This document shows, one piece after another, positions 19,393-36,127 of a stretch of 64,000 nucleotides of DNA. Position numbers and translations under genes: made by a program. Origin of the DNA: the human T2T-CHM13v2.0 reference genome, Homo sapiens; NCBI RefSeq assembly GCF_009914755.1, contig NC_060940.1; one strand, given 5' to 3'. Under the pieces are notes generated by a model, which saw nothing but the letters and a program-made list of their open reading frames with translations, searched no databases and was not told the origin of the DNA. Position 1 is the first letter of the stretch. Every line of letters begins with the position of its first letter.

Positions 19393-21699
19393 TAATTTTA
19401 AGTTGCAGTAAAGACCTTGAACAAGGACTTATTGAAAGAAAAAAACACACAGATCTACAAAAAAGATATAACATCAGATAACAAGTTTTATAAAAGTGAT
19501 TTAGAGGAACTCCAGAAATATTTGTCCAATTATTCTTAAGTCACAGTACACAAGGGCTTCTCATTGAATTTATTGAATGGCCAAAGGAACAGGTGTAAAT
19601 GCAGAAAAGAATAGACATTACTATTTGGATCTGTGACACTATATTGAGATCATGTAATTTGTTAATGAACTGAGAAGTACAAGACTATCAAATGCTCCTT
19701 TGTTATACGTCCGGCAAAGTTAATGTAGCTTTAACACCCTAACCAATCTATAGAGTATGAAGTGTCTTGCTCCTGAAATGAACAAAGACAACGGTTAAGC
19801 TACCACAGTCAACAGTAGAGGCATACCAGTCGAATACAGCAAAAGGACATGTTTTCTGTTGTGTGTTGTATAAAAGTTAAAATTGGGAAAGCGGGGGAGA
19901 AATCAGTGTAAACTGAGAACAATGAACGTATCTCCTATTTACAAATAAGTAACACTGCCCAAAGAAAAACCTATGTGGAAAGAGACCACCCGACCAAGAA
20001 CATAAAGAAATTTCCAAAGTCCTGGTAGCTGAAAAGAAGTGAAGGGATAGCAGAAGAAATGACTATGCCATATGGTACAGAAAGGGCCTTTGTATTTCTT
20101 TGTATTTTTTTTTTTTTTTTTTTTGAGATGGGGTCTCACTATATTGACCAGGCTGGTCTCAAACTCCTGGCCTCAAGTGATCCTCTCATTTTGGCTTCCC
20201 AAAGTGCTGGGATTACAGGCATGAGCCCAGCCTTTCTTTGTAACATATATATATATTTTTTAGACCAAGTCTCGCTCTGTCACCCATGCTGGAGTGCAGT
20301 GCCATGATTCCAGCTCACTGCAACCTCCGCCTCCTGGGTTCAAGTGATTCTTGTGCCTCAGCCTCCCAAGTAGCTGGGATTCCAGGCGCATGCCACCATG
20401 CCCGGCTAATTTTTTTTGTATTTTTAGTAGAGACAGGGTTTCACCATGTTGGCCAAGCTGGTCATGAACTCCTGACCTCAGGTGATCACCCGCCTCGGCC
20501 TCCCAAAGTGCTGGGATTATAAACATAAGCCACCGTGCCTGGCCCTTCATATTGTTTTGATAAAGAAGGTAATAACGTGGCTACTTTATTTTAATGAAAA
20601 TGAGGTTAGAAATGGACTTATAAAAAAATAGAATTCTGATTTTGTGTCTGCTTATTTTTGGTTTATGTCTTTTTTGCCCCAGATAGGACTCAAGCTGCCA
20701 GGCTCTTTTTGAAGAAGGCTGCAGTGGGTACACTTGAATTAGGAGGAGTACTGTCCGTCAGTCTCGACTACCTAGCATTAGTCAAGACAGGCAAGGATAG
20801 GCTGCAGTAACAAGCAGCCCTATCTCTTTTCCAGTGGTTAAAAAAACACAGGCTTCTTTCTAACTCATGCTGCAGGTTCATTGTATGATGTCTGGGACTC
20901 TGTTCCACATTGTCCTCACTCCTGAACATGAACTGACAGAGGCTGCCTGCGTCGTTGGAAACCACAGCCAACTGTGATGCAGAGTGTGATGGCAAACATG
21001 GCTCTTAGATGGTTCTTTCTGGAAGTCACTCATTTGACTTCAGTTCACATGTCATTAGCCTGGAGCAAATCACAGACATTGCCTCACTTTAAGGAGAAGC
21101 GGGGCTAATACTTCCTTCTATATCTCCAGGAGGAGTAAGAAGCCAGATTTTGGTGACTGATCATACTGTTTTGGTACCACATTAATCTGGTATCATTAGA
21201 GGTGAAATACAAAGAAAATAACCCATATCTACTGTGAATGTCACTACCTAAAATGTGGACATTTATCATCACTGAAAATAGAATCCAGACTCCTTGGACC
21301 ATTTCCTGGGAATGGGAAGTCCTAGATTTTAGGAAGATAAGACTGGACTTAAAACATTATAATGCTGTTCTTAAAACCTTTTTCACCAGGCATGGTGGCT
21401 CACGCCTGTAATCCCAGCACTTTGGGAGGCCAAGGCAGGTGGATCACGACGTCAGGAGTTCAATACCAACCTGGCCAAGACGGTAAAACCCCATCTCTAC
21501 TAAAAATACAAAAAAAATTAGCTGGGCATGGTGATGGCCGCCTACAATCCCAGCTATTCAGGAGACTGAGGCAGAGAACTGCTTGAACCCAAGAGGCGGA
21601 GCTTGCAGTGAGCCGAGATCACGCCACTGCACTCCAGTCTAGGCGACAGAGTGAGACTCCATCTCAAAAAAAAAAACAAACCTTTTTCAAATTTTTGGA

Positions 21700-22190
21700 T
21701 TCTAAAGTTTATATGAAAACACAAAGTCCCAAAAATAGATTGAAAGGTTAAAGAAGAAGTTGTAAGACTGCACTGATGAATACTGAGATGATATAAATAG
21801 GAATCTAGAGCAGGATTCTTTACATTGACAAGCAAGTTTTAGAATTTATTGGGAAAGGCAAAGGAACTAGAATAGCTGAAACATTTTGAAAAGTTAGAAT
21901 TAAGTGGAGAAATCACACTACCCAGTTTTAAGAATTACCATAAAGCTACAGTAATCAAAGCAGTATGGTATTAGTGAATGAAGAGACACATAGGTCAATG
22001 CGCCAGAATAAGGAATCCAGAAATACACCCCCCCAAACATGGCCAATAGTTTTTTTTAAACAAAGGCACACAAATAATTAAATACAGAAAGGACTGTCTT
22101 TTCAACTAATGGTGTTGCAACAATTAACCGTCTATATGCAAAAACACTTTACAATGGATCATAGATTATAAATATAAATCTTAAAACTGG
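21700..22190 (+). mobile_element. Old L1 ORF2 fragment
   Basis: aaagctacagtaatcaaagcagtatggtattagtg...aggaatccagaaatac matches the L1 ORF2 YYKA.VIK..WYW region. Confidence 0.8.
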
Positions 22191-22247
22191 GCAGCTTTTA
22201 TTTGGGGGTTTCCTGTTTTTTATTTTCACTTACTTATTTATTTTTGA

Positions 22248-22364
<117 letters not shown>

Positions 22365-23944
22365 TGATCTTATAAGTCACTCTATAGTTTCACTTCTATA
22401 TAATAACTTATAGTCATGTATAGTTTCACTGCTGGACTCAACTGGTTTATCAGCCTTTGGGGTCAGCCCACATTCAAGAGGAAGGGGCACAGACTCTTCT
22501 TCTGTATGGGAGAATTATCAAATAATTTTCATGTCTTGAACCACCACGCCATGGTTTTCCGACTCCAGAGTCCATGTGTACTTCTTTTCACTATATGGTG
22601 TGGACATACTTGTTCCTGGGAATCCAGTGCCAATCAGACAGCGGCGATATGGTGAGTTATATTTGTTCTGACCTCGTGAGACTCTGTCCAGCCCCACTAA
22701 GAATGAAAAGAACATTCCTACCTGGTTCCTGATATGACTGCTCCTCACTAGAGATCAGTGTATTCAGAATGCCAAAGCTCTACTCCCAGTGTCATGGGGA
22801 AGCTCCAAGTGGCCCAGTCAAACGTGGCAGGTTATCACTAACCAATAAGAGCGACCAACTATCTGTGATCAAGGCTAAATGCCAGAGAAGAAAATCTAAT
22901 GGCTGCAGGGGAAGAGAAGTCACTATATTGGAAATGAACACTTCCAAGACAAAGAAACACTGGTTTCAATTAAGACACAAATGCTGGGAAAAGAAAAGTC
23001 AGTGCAGGCTGCTGCAGTGGCTCACGCCTGTAATCTCAGCACTTTGGGAGGTTGAGGCAGGAGGATCACTTGAGCTCAAGAATTTGACAACAGCCAGGGC
23101 AACACAGAGATACCCCATCACTAGAAAATTTTTTTTAATGGCCAGGCGTGGTGGTGTGTGCCTGTGGTCAGAGCTACTAGGGAGGCTGAAGTGGGGGATC
23201 CCATGGGCCCCGGAGGGAGATCTTGTCTCTAAATCAATAAATAAGTAAATAACCCCAAAAATAAAAAAAAATTAAAAAGTCAATGCATAACATAACTGGT
23301 ACATATACCGAGTCTCTAAGAGAATAACTCATTAGTGGTACCATCTTATAAATGAGAAAAAAAATGCAGGAAGGTGAGGAACGTTCCGGGATCACTGTGA
23401 GAGACAGCTACTGCTGCCCAAAGAGCCACTGTCTTTGCCTACTTTGCAGCCTCTGTTGCAGTTGGGTTAGAGACTTGTGACTAGCCTGGTCAACAGACTG
23501 TGAGTGGAACTAATGTGTGTCACTTCCTGGGTGAGGCAGTGAATAGGTAACGTCCTCCTTCAGTTCTCTCTTCTCCTCCCACAATGACCCTGGGGGTCAG
23601 ATGTTGAGTTAGCGGCACCACAGAATGGAAGAAGCCTAGATTTTGACTCACAGCTTTGAGAAATGTCCCCATAAACCCTCATCAGACTATGCATGGATGA
23701 GAAAAAACTTAATGACTCCAGCCATGAGATCTGAGGAACTGCTTGTTGCTACACCAGTCTGTCCTATACAGGTAAGTACAGTTACTGAGATTGTGTCAGA
23801 GCTGAGATTACAAGGCCAGGTGGGACTCTGACTCTGAGGGGTTGTTCGTGTAATGATTATACCTGATGCAAAAAAAAAAAAAAAAAGAATAAAAAAGAAA
23901 AAAGAAACTAGCTATAACGTACTTTTTATTATTAATTTTTTTGA

Positions 23945-24052
<108 letters not shown>

Positions 24053-24226
24053 TAGCTGGGATTATAGGCATGCGCCATCATGCCAGGCTAATTTTGTATT
24101 TTTAGTAGAGATGGAGTTTCTTCATGTTGGTCAGGCTGGTTTCAAATTCCCGACCTCAGGTGATCCGCCAGTCTCAGCCTCCCAAAGTGCTGGGATTATA
24201 GGCGTGAGCCACCGTGCCCACCCTAG

Positions 24227-24424
<198 letters not shown>

Positions 24425-24984
24425 TAGAAACAGGGTTTTGGCATGTTGGCCAGGCTGGTCTCCAACTCCTGATGTCAAGTGATCCGTCCGCCTCAGCCTC
24501 CCAAAGTGCCCGGCCAATTATAACATACTTTAAAAAATAACTGGATGAAGAGTTACATACTAAAGGGAACTAGCTATTTAGTCCTCTAAATTATAGCTAC
24601 CTTATAGGAAGTCACATGATGCTAGCAGAAAAGGATTAGTTTCAGGTAAAACAGGAAAATACAGTTGCTGTTTCACAATAGGAAAATATAAAACATAAAG
24701 TATTTTACCACTATAGAAGGGAACAGATGTCTGTAGTTATTACCCTGTGTAAAGCCAGATTGGTATGTACCATAAATTCAGGCTAAAAAGTGCCTATTAG
24801 AGATTGAAAGTCTCAGGAACACAAGCTCCATGTCTTTGGAAGACTAAAAATATGCTTAATTCTAAGATACAACTCTGAGTAGAGGCAGAATTAATAGGAT
24901 ATAAGGTTAATTTATGGTCATGGAGAGAAAAATGGGTAAAAATACCTGCTGCAATAAGCTCTTCTAGAATGTTCCTGAAAGATA

Positions 24985-25510
24985 ACGTGGTAGGCAGAAT
25001 TCTACAAATTCTCTCCCCTCAAGATTTCCCACCCTAATCCCTGGATGAATAGGATGAAATATAACATCCACAAATATGTTATATTACATGGTAAAAGGGA
25101 CTTTGCAGATGTAATTATGGTTATTAACCAGTTGACCTGAAGATAGGATATTATTTTAGATAATCTGGGTGGCCCTAATCAAATGACGTAGTCTTCTAAA
25201 ACAAACTTGTCTTAGCTAGCAGCAGCAGAAGTCAGAGATACAAAGCACAAGAGGAATTCAATGCATTGTTGCTGGCTTTGATGAAGTGGGGGTCACATCC
25301 CAAGGAATGTGGATGGCATTTAGGAGCTGAGAAAAGACCCTGGTTTACAGTGAGGAATTAAACAGGGATCTCAGTTCTACAACTTCAAGAAACTGAATTC
25401 AGCCAACAGTCTGAATGATCTTGGAAGTGGGTTCTTCCAATAAGAGTCTAGACTGGATGACTTAGGAGATCTTAAACAGAGAACAAAGCATCAACAGAAA
25501 ACTAATACAA
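24985..25510 (+). mobile_element. MaLR LTR (MLT1D/E-like)
   Basis: gtggtaggcagaattct...aaaagggactttgcagatgtaatta...gaaaactaataca. Confidence 0.7.
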
Positions 25511-25539
25511 TAATAATTCAGCTTAAATACTTCTGCTTA

Positions 25540-26720
<1,181 letters not shown>

Positions 26721-26829
26721 ATCCATCCATTTAGATAGTCTTTTTTTTTAGAGGAACCTACCAAGAGTTATAGAAGTTGATGTCTCTCTCTCTCTCTCTT
26801 TTTTTTTTAAACACCTATTGCCTAGATCA

Positions 26830-27126
<297 letters not shown>

Positions 27127-28169
27127 TCAAAACAAAACAAAGAAAATTCTGAATTGTCAACTCCAAACTAGTGGCTACCTAGAGTGTTGTATTGAGAAGG
27201 ATCTTATGACCTGACTATAGCAGGAAAATTTTCTGGGGTTGATTAATTATGTCTGCCAGAAAATAGAGTGTGCCACATGTTTGCCAGTCTGTCTATATAG
27301 TCAGATTACAAATATCTTACCGTAGCTTCCTATACCTGGTTGACAGATTCCTAATCCATTAAGGGCAGGGGAATGTTGACGGACCAGGAGAAACCAAGGC
27401 CCAGGGTATTAAGTCAAACGCAAGCTGTTTATGTCAAAAGCAGATAGATGGTAATCTCTCAAAACTCCTTATCACCTTGCCTCAACTTCTCATTGGCTCT
27501 CCACTGTGCCACACACCCTCATCTTCCTACAAGCTATAGGTTTAAAGGAATCTTAAATTCCAACCAGGGAAAGATGAGTTTCTGGCAGCCTCATTTGGAA
27601 TTTGAATGAACGTTCCTGTGGGTCGGCTCCTTAACAACCTATGCTGAATGAAGGAATAATCATTAGAAATATTGTTAGCCATGGCAGAAGTTAAGTTTCT
27701 TAATACAGGACCAATCTTCACTTACATGAACCAGTTAAATAGGTCCTGAAGACTGACCTGGGCATCCTGATCATTTGTGACACAGTTTCTACAGGAAAAT
27801 GAGTTGGGAGTCGCATTTAGAAACACACTGGAAGGAGCTGAACCTTTGTCTGAAAGTTAAGCACCCGCGCCACCCAACTTGCACAATTTGTTCATATTTC
27901 CAAGAGTATAAATTTTATCCTCCTTGTTAATTATATGTGCCTTCTGCTTATTATATGCCTACAGGTCACAGGAACCTCAAGTATTTCACAGAATGATGCC
28001 AAGGAGCGCAGTTTCTACACCATCCCTCCCGATCAGACCACATCTATTCCAATCTCAGTCTCAAACTCTTCCCCTTTTTCAACTCACATTAATGAATTCA
28101 CTAAGTACCTAGCACTGAGAATAAAAAGCTAAAGCAGCATCCGTCTTCTCTACTCTCACACAGCTTACA

Positions 28170-29330
28170 GTCCACAGCAAAGCGCAAGTCATCAAACACA
28201 CGCGCTCCACCTGCCACCCCTAAAGCCCAGGCGCATCACGCTCGGCTCCACCTCTTCATCTAGCCCCGCCCCTTCCTGCAGGCCACACCCCTTTCTCTAT
28301 CAGGCTCCTCCCTTTATGCCATAAGCCTTTTTTCCTCATCTAGCTCTTCCCCTTCCTCCGCCAGTTCCTACCGTGCCACAAAGACGCCTGCCCTTCTTTC
28401 AAACTATCCCATTCAGAAAAGCGTTCTGGATTGCCCGTTCGAATTCCTCCCCGTCCTCCGTCTACCCACCCTTAAAGGGTTCCGCTCCCAACGGATCCTC
28501 CTCAGGCCCCGCCCCTCCCCAGACCCCGCCCGCTCTGGGGAAGCCCCGGCACATAGTGCCTCTGCCTTTCGCTCCCTCTCGCTTCCTTTCGAACGAGGCA
28601 GGGACTCTCGCTCTGTCGCCTTTGGAGTGGTCCCGGGCCTTGCCCCAGGGGTGGAGAAATGGCCGCTCACACCTACCTGTGGGGCCAAGCGGATGGAAGG
28701 CCCCGAGACAGCTAGTCCCGGCCTACTGGCAAGAGCTACTCAGGTCGCTGCCGGATGGGCCGTTGCCTTGGGTTACGACCACGCTGGGGGCGGGACCGCG
28801 GCGGAAGTGACGTAGCCCAACAAAGCCTAGCACTGGCGAGGCGGTTCGTGGCATCTCCTATCCGCTCCGGGCGCTGCCGCCGGAAGGGCCAGCGACGGAG
28901 GGTCTCAGATGGCGGGGCTTGAGGCCCACCCGGGCTCTCGGGTCGGCGAGTCCCGTTGGGGAGCCCTTGTGCCTGCTAGGATATTTAGCAGATGCCAGGC
29001 GGCCAGAAACGTCCTCACTTTTCTCCCTCGGCCCTCTGGGGAACCGCCGTGAGCGTTTCCCACGGACACAAACTTAACAGGCCCAGAACGTCCAGGGAGG
29101 ACGCGTTGTGAGCCTCAAAGAGCCCACTTACGTGACCGACAGCACCAGGCCGACGGGCACTCGCTGAACTGCTGGCCCGGAGCAGCACAGCTCTTAAGTG
29201 GGCAGTGGCATCTTTTATACAAATAAAGGAAGGTGGCCCCACGTCCCTAAAACAACAGCTTGCTGAAGAGAGATCGCAAAGCATCCCCCACTCCAGCTCG
29301 GGTCTGACTCCAAAGCCCTTCTGCTTTAGA
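28170..29330 (-). promoter_or_regulatory. C16orf46: CpG-island promoter of C16orf46 with X-box (28762-28776), GC box (~28786-28796) and ETS/CRE overlap GCGGAAGTGACGTA (28801-28814)
   Basis: CpG-rich non-repeat tract about 13 kb upstream of the ATG. Motifs read directly from the sequence. Confidence 0.85.
28671..28800 (-). other. C16orf46: Probable C16orf46 non-coding exon 1 (TSS approximate)
   Basis: Tandem donors on -: CAG|GTAGGT (exon end 28677) and GGT|GTGAGC (exon end 28671), inside the CpG island. Confidence 0.65.
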
Positions 29331-29386
29331 AAGTGTGACTATTTCTGCTGTAGAAAACCGGTATCTAGGCCAGGCGCGGTGGCTCA

Positions 29387-29635
<249 letters not shown>

Positions 29636-30708
29636 TCAAGTCTCAAAAAAAAATTTGGTATCTAAGTTCTCTAGCACTGTGATTGCTCCAATGAGACGGA
29701 TTCAGCTATAATTCTATTCCAACTTTTTTCATACGTGTAAGCTTAGGTACCTTGTTCACATAAATAGGAAGATGCAAATAAAAGGGGTTTTATTGTATCT
29801 CAAGCTAGTAAGTATTAACCAAAAACATTTAAATGTTTTATCAGTTGACAATTTGTTTTGGTCTTCCTTCAGATCTATTGAAAACAGCTGGGCACCGTGG
29901 CTCACACCTGGAATCCCAGCTGAGGCAGGAGGCTCCCTTGAGCCCAGGAGTTGAAGGTTGCAGTAAGCTATGATTGTGTCACTGCACTCCAGCCTGGGAA
30001 ACAGTGCAAGACCTTGCATATTAGAAAAAAGTTTCTGGGAAGTATACCAAAAGTCTTAACTAAGATTTGCTCAATGAATATTAATTAAATAACCTAACGG
30101 CAAGTACATGGGGAAGTTGGAGGATCTAGAACCTGACTTCCTTCACACTAACTATTCCTGCATTTAGCAGGTAAAAGCCCGATAGCATGATTGAGTGGAA
30201 ACATGAAGGGACAAGGGTTTGGCTAGTTATGTTTATAAAAAGTCAACATAGGAATTGAGTCAAGATACCAGAAACTCTACTTATAGTAAGATCCCACTTT
30301 GCAAAAACGGAGAATGGAAGCGTACAGAACTGTACCTTCTCCTCAATTTTGCTGTGACTGTAAACTTCCTCTAACACATAAAATGTATTTTAAAGAAAAA
30401 AAGCCAGGAGTGGTGGCTTGCGTCTGTAATACCAGTTACTCACAGGAGAGGCTAAGGCAGGAGAATCACTTGAGACCAGCTTGGGAAGTGTCACAAGACC
30501 CCATATCTATTTTTTAAAATTAAAGGGAGATGGGTGGGTGCGGTGGCTCACACCTGTAATCCCAGCACTTTGGGAGGCTGAGGCGGGTCAATCACTTGAG
30601 GTCAGAAGTTCAAGACCAGCCCAGCCAACATGGCGAAACCCCATTTCAAAACCCTAATACAAAAATTAGCCGGGTGTGGTGATGGACGCCTGTAATCCCA
30701 GCTACTCA

Positions 30709-30858
<150 letters not shown>

Positions 30859-30994
30859 TTAAGTATGGGAAGGAAGGTGTGATTTGGTCTGAAAGAACAC
30901 AGTAAAAAAGACACGCTTGTAGTTAGCATAATTTTTTAAACTGTGCTCTTTTTAGTAGCCCCAGAAAAACTATAGAAATTGGAAAAATTCAGCA

Positions 30995-31677
<683 letters not shown>

Positions 31678-32899
31678 TCAAACAAAACAAAAAACAAAAC
31701 AAAACCTAAAGCTAACGACAAAACTACCTGGGAGGTGATAGCAGAAAAAAAATTTAACACTTGCAGGGTAACCTATTCAGTTTCTCAAGTTTTAGTTACT
31801 AGAAAGCTTTCTTCAAAACTTCTATTAATCTGCTCTACTAATGCCAAAACCATTCAAAAGGAATATGAGGTCATGAAAATTAAATTCCCTGGATTCAGTC
31901 AATTTGGAGGGCCATTCAAAGCCTGTATTTTTGGCAGCACTGTGACATCAATGACAGTGGATTTGGCTCTGTGTTCTAAATAGTGGAAGAGCAAGTTGCC
32001 AAATGTTCTGCTCTTTGAAAAAAGAGGGGTTGTTACAGAGCAAGTTATGTGTGTCTTTGGCAGGAAAAGGGAAAAATAAAAAACTGCCCACCTTCTTCAG
32101 AGACTATAACCACTCACGGACTTTCATACTCTAGAATGGCCACTTTTGCTTCCCACCTTTATTTAGAACATTCAACCTCCCCCTCTTCCCTGAGATTCCC
32201 ATTAAAATTTTTTTTTTTTTTTTGAGACGGAGTCTCGCTCTGTTGCCCAGGCTGGAGTGCATGGCATCATCTTGGCTCACTGCAGGCTCCGCATGTGGGG
32301 TTCATGCCATTCTTCTGCCTCAGCCTCCCAAGTACCTGGGACTACAGGCGCCCGCCACCATGCCCGGCTAATTTTTTTGTATTTTGAGTAGAGACGGGGT
32401 TTCACCGTGTTAGCCAGGATGGTCTCGATCTCCTGACCTCGTGATCCGCCTGCCTCGGCCTCCCAAAGTGCTGGGATTACAAGCGTGAGCCACCGCGCCT
32501 GTCCCATTTAAATATTTTTATAGTAAAATTTGCTAAGGGACTGATTAAGAGTAGACCAGGAAATATGAAAATCATTACCACGACCACCCAACTATTTAAC
32601 AAATTTCTTATCCTATCACCTTTCATACCTGTGAAATGATGGTAGTAATCGATGTGTCTAGAGAACTTTCAAAACTAAAGGGTAAATCTATGTAATTATT
32701 ACTCATCCCCATCTATTTTCAAAGCAGACAGATCAATTAACATGATTGACAATTACGCAATATAGACAATCATCCAGGATACCTTGGATACTTTTTTTTT
32801 TTTGAGATGCGTTCTCACTGTCACTCAGGCTGGAGTACAGTGGTGTGATCTTGGCTCACTGCAGCCTTGACCTCCCAGACACAAAGTGATTCTACCTGA

Positions 32900-33091
<192 letters not shown>

Positions 33092-33514
33092 TAAGGGTAC
33101 AAAGATATAGTTCAGCAGTGATATGGCTACTGGCAGAGGCTTGGAATGAAGTTTCTTCAGCTGAGGAGCAGGAAAGATTTGTATGTTATTTACCTACCTA
33201 CTTTTGCTAAGTCCTTATATTTGCTGTTTATTCACCACCAGAAGGTGGTACTATATGAATACTTCTCTTTTCCTCTAGTAACTGAGAAAATGATACAGGA
33301 GTTTATCTCCTCTTGCTCTGTGTGTATGTATATATATATTTGCATGTGCATATAGACCCCCCACCCCAATATTATCAGCATATTACAGTTGGTTAGCGTA
33401 TGCTGTGTATTAGCTACTTGGAAATAACTTTTGGCACTCTAAATATGCTTAAGCTGCAAAGAATACTATCAGAGTCCATTATCTGAGCTCATAAAGCTTC
33501 AGTCCTTGTCCACT

Positions 33515-34388
33515 TTTATTCCCATGACTTAAGTGGAAACCTGAACGTGGTTTAACAACTTAAAAACACCATGTGCTATACTGATCAAAACTTCCACCTT
33601 CCTCTGTCTTTCCTCTTCTTTCTTCAGACCTCGCATGATAGAAAATCAAAGTTGGTGATTTATTTTTTATTATGTTAAAGGTGACAGATCTTGGCTTAAG
33701 AAAAACCAGATTTGTGACTAAAGAAAACATTTTCTTGGAGCTTTGCATTGTTCTGGCTTAAATTTCCTTTTAAAAAGTAACTTTCCGTAAGTTAAAGTTA
33801 GCACTTTCACAAATACTAGCAGAGTTACTAAATGAAATATTAACATCAAAACAAACATGATTAACGAAGAAGTATTTTATTATTTTGCTGCAAAGCTGTT
33901 GCTTCACTGTATAAAAATAGCACCAGCAAATGCAGTGTATCGCAAAATTAAGATAGTGGTGTTCCTCATCTGACACTGTACAAGCAACAAAACCTCTTCA
34001 CTTCCAGTTATTTCCAATGGAAAGATCATTAAGTATTTCATCCCAAATCCAGGTATGGATACATGCAAGTTACAATATTATATAAGGCTTAAGAATAACA
34101 ATGTTATCTTTGAATTATGTAATTTTTATAACTAGTTTTTACCATGGATAATTTCATGAATTCTGAACACTAGAGCCTAGTCTAAAAATCATAGGATATT
34201 GTGAAAAAGACGCATATTATATTTATCTATAATCATTAGAAAGTTAAAGGGCATTTTCTTTCATTAGCAGTGTTAACAGTAGTTTTTTTTTCCCCATCGG
34301 TAATACTAAAAGTTTCTATTCTAAGTCTTCTATCCACCACTAATTTAAGACAACTCTGCTGGCTTGCGTTATTTCATACTAGTTTATT
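33515..34388 (-). terminator. GCSH: GCSH 3'UTR poly(A) signals (AATAAA at 34383-34388, 33876-33881, 33659-33671, 33515-33520)
   Basis: tttatt hexamers on + downstream of the stop codon. Which ones are used cannot be read from sequence. Confidence 0.7.
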
Positions 34389-34402
34389 TAGGAGTTCCAT
34401 TT

Positions 34403-34500
34403 TCACTCCTCAATAGATTTTATGTATTTCTCATATGCTTCTTCACTCATAAGTTCATCTAGTTCTGAAGGGTTACTCAGTGTCATCTTGATCAGCCAAC
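34403..34500 (-). CDS. GCSH: GCSH exon 5 (G)[31 protein letters not shown]
   Basis: Acceptor ttttggttgcag|GT TGG; TGA at 34403-34405. Exons total 148+80+64+132+98=522 nt = 173 aa. Confidence 0.97.
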
Positions 34501-35995
34501 CTGCAACCAAAAGACAACCTTATATTCCACATTAACTTTTTAAAAAGTCAAATTCATCCAAAACGTAAAATAAATTTCTGAGCGCCTCAATCTTGTATTC
34601 TTTACAAAAACCATACATTATTTGTTCATAGAACTTTAAATTTTAGCCTTAAGAATTAAAATACTTGTATATAACAAATGAAAATAATTATGGCTAGAAT
34701 AGATTCCACCATTATTAAGAACTCTTAGGTTGTAATAAGCATCAGAAAATGACATTTAAATCTTTAAGGGCCGGGCACGGTGGCTCATGCCTGTAATCCC
34801 AGTACTTTGGGAAGCGAAGGCAAGCAAATCACTTGAGGCTAGGAGCTCTGGACCAGCCTGGCCAACATAGTGGAACCCCATCTCTACCAAAACCACAAAA
34901 ATTAGCTGGGCGTGGTGGCAGTTGCCCTTGATCCCAGCTACTGGGAAGCTGAGGCAGAAGAAGTGCTTGAACCCGAGAAGGGGAGGTTGCAGTGCACCGA
35001 GATCACGCCACTGCACTCCAGCCTGGGCGACAGAGGGAGACTCTGTCTCAAAAAAATAATAAAAATAAGTCCTTAAATATATGATCCAAATACACAAGAC
35101 CAGGTATGTCTTTAACAAATGGAACACTAACTACTGAGGTTAACGGGATTAGAAAGCAGTAGTAATTAGAAGGGCTAGGTGACAGACAAAAGAGAACTAC
35201 AACCTAATCCTAGCTTTGCCATTTATCAGCCATGAGACCCTGACAGATAAATCCTTTGGAGCCTCTATTCATCTACAAAATAGAGAAAATTGCTGTTAGC
35301 TTACCTGATTAGATTATAAGGGTGAAAATGTGAGAAAACCAAAAATTAATGCAAAATATATATTTTTTTACCTCCCATGTCACACAATATGAGTGGCTGC
35401 TTTATGTCTGAAAAAGTAAATACTTTGCAGATGTTTACACCAAAACCAAAGAATCTACAACTGATATCAAGAACCTGCAAAATAAGGTAATGCTTTTATC
35501 ATCAGAGATTTTTTTTTCTTTTTTTGAGAAGGTCTCGCTCTGTCACTCAGGCTGGAGTGGAGTGGTGCGATCTTGGCTCACTATAGACTGCAGCCTTGAC
35601 CTCCCAGGTTCAAGCAATTCTCCCACCTCAGCCTCCCTAGTAACTGAGACTACAGGCACATTCCACCACAGCCAGCTAATTTTTGTATTTCTATAGAGAC
35701 AGAGTTTCACCATGTTGCCCAGGCTGGTCTCCAACTCCTGGACTAAAGCAATCCACCCACCTTGGCCTCCCAAAGTGCTGGGATCACAGGCGCGAGCCAC
35801 TGCGCCTAGCCAGAAATCTTAAACATAACTTTAAGTATTCAACTAACCTCTGTTTTTCTTTTAAAGCAGAACATCTCTATTTAGTACCAAGAAGTAGAAA
35901 AAGATGAAGTCACAATCAGCTAAACTTGCTTTAAATTCTAGATAAAATATTTACTGTAGTAGTAATTCCTTGAGAAATTTCTAGCAACAGCTTAC

Positions 35996-36127
35996 CATCT
36001 TCATAACAAGATTTGTTTACAAGTCCTGGATTTTCTGCAAGAGCTTCATTAATTTCAGTTACTTCTCCTGATAAAGGAGAATAGAGTTCACTAGCAGCTT
36101 TCACACTTTCCAAAGCACCAAACTCAT
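35996..36127 (-). CDS. GCSH: GCSH exon 4, containing lipoyl-attachment Lys107 (ESVKAASEL; codon 36099-36101)
   Basis: Acceptor ttttccacttag|AT GAG, donor ATG|GTAAGC, 132 nt. Confidence 0.97.
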
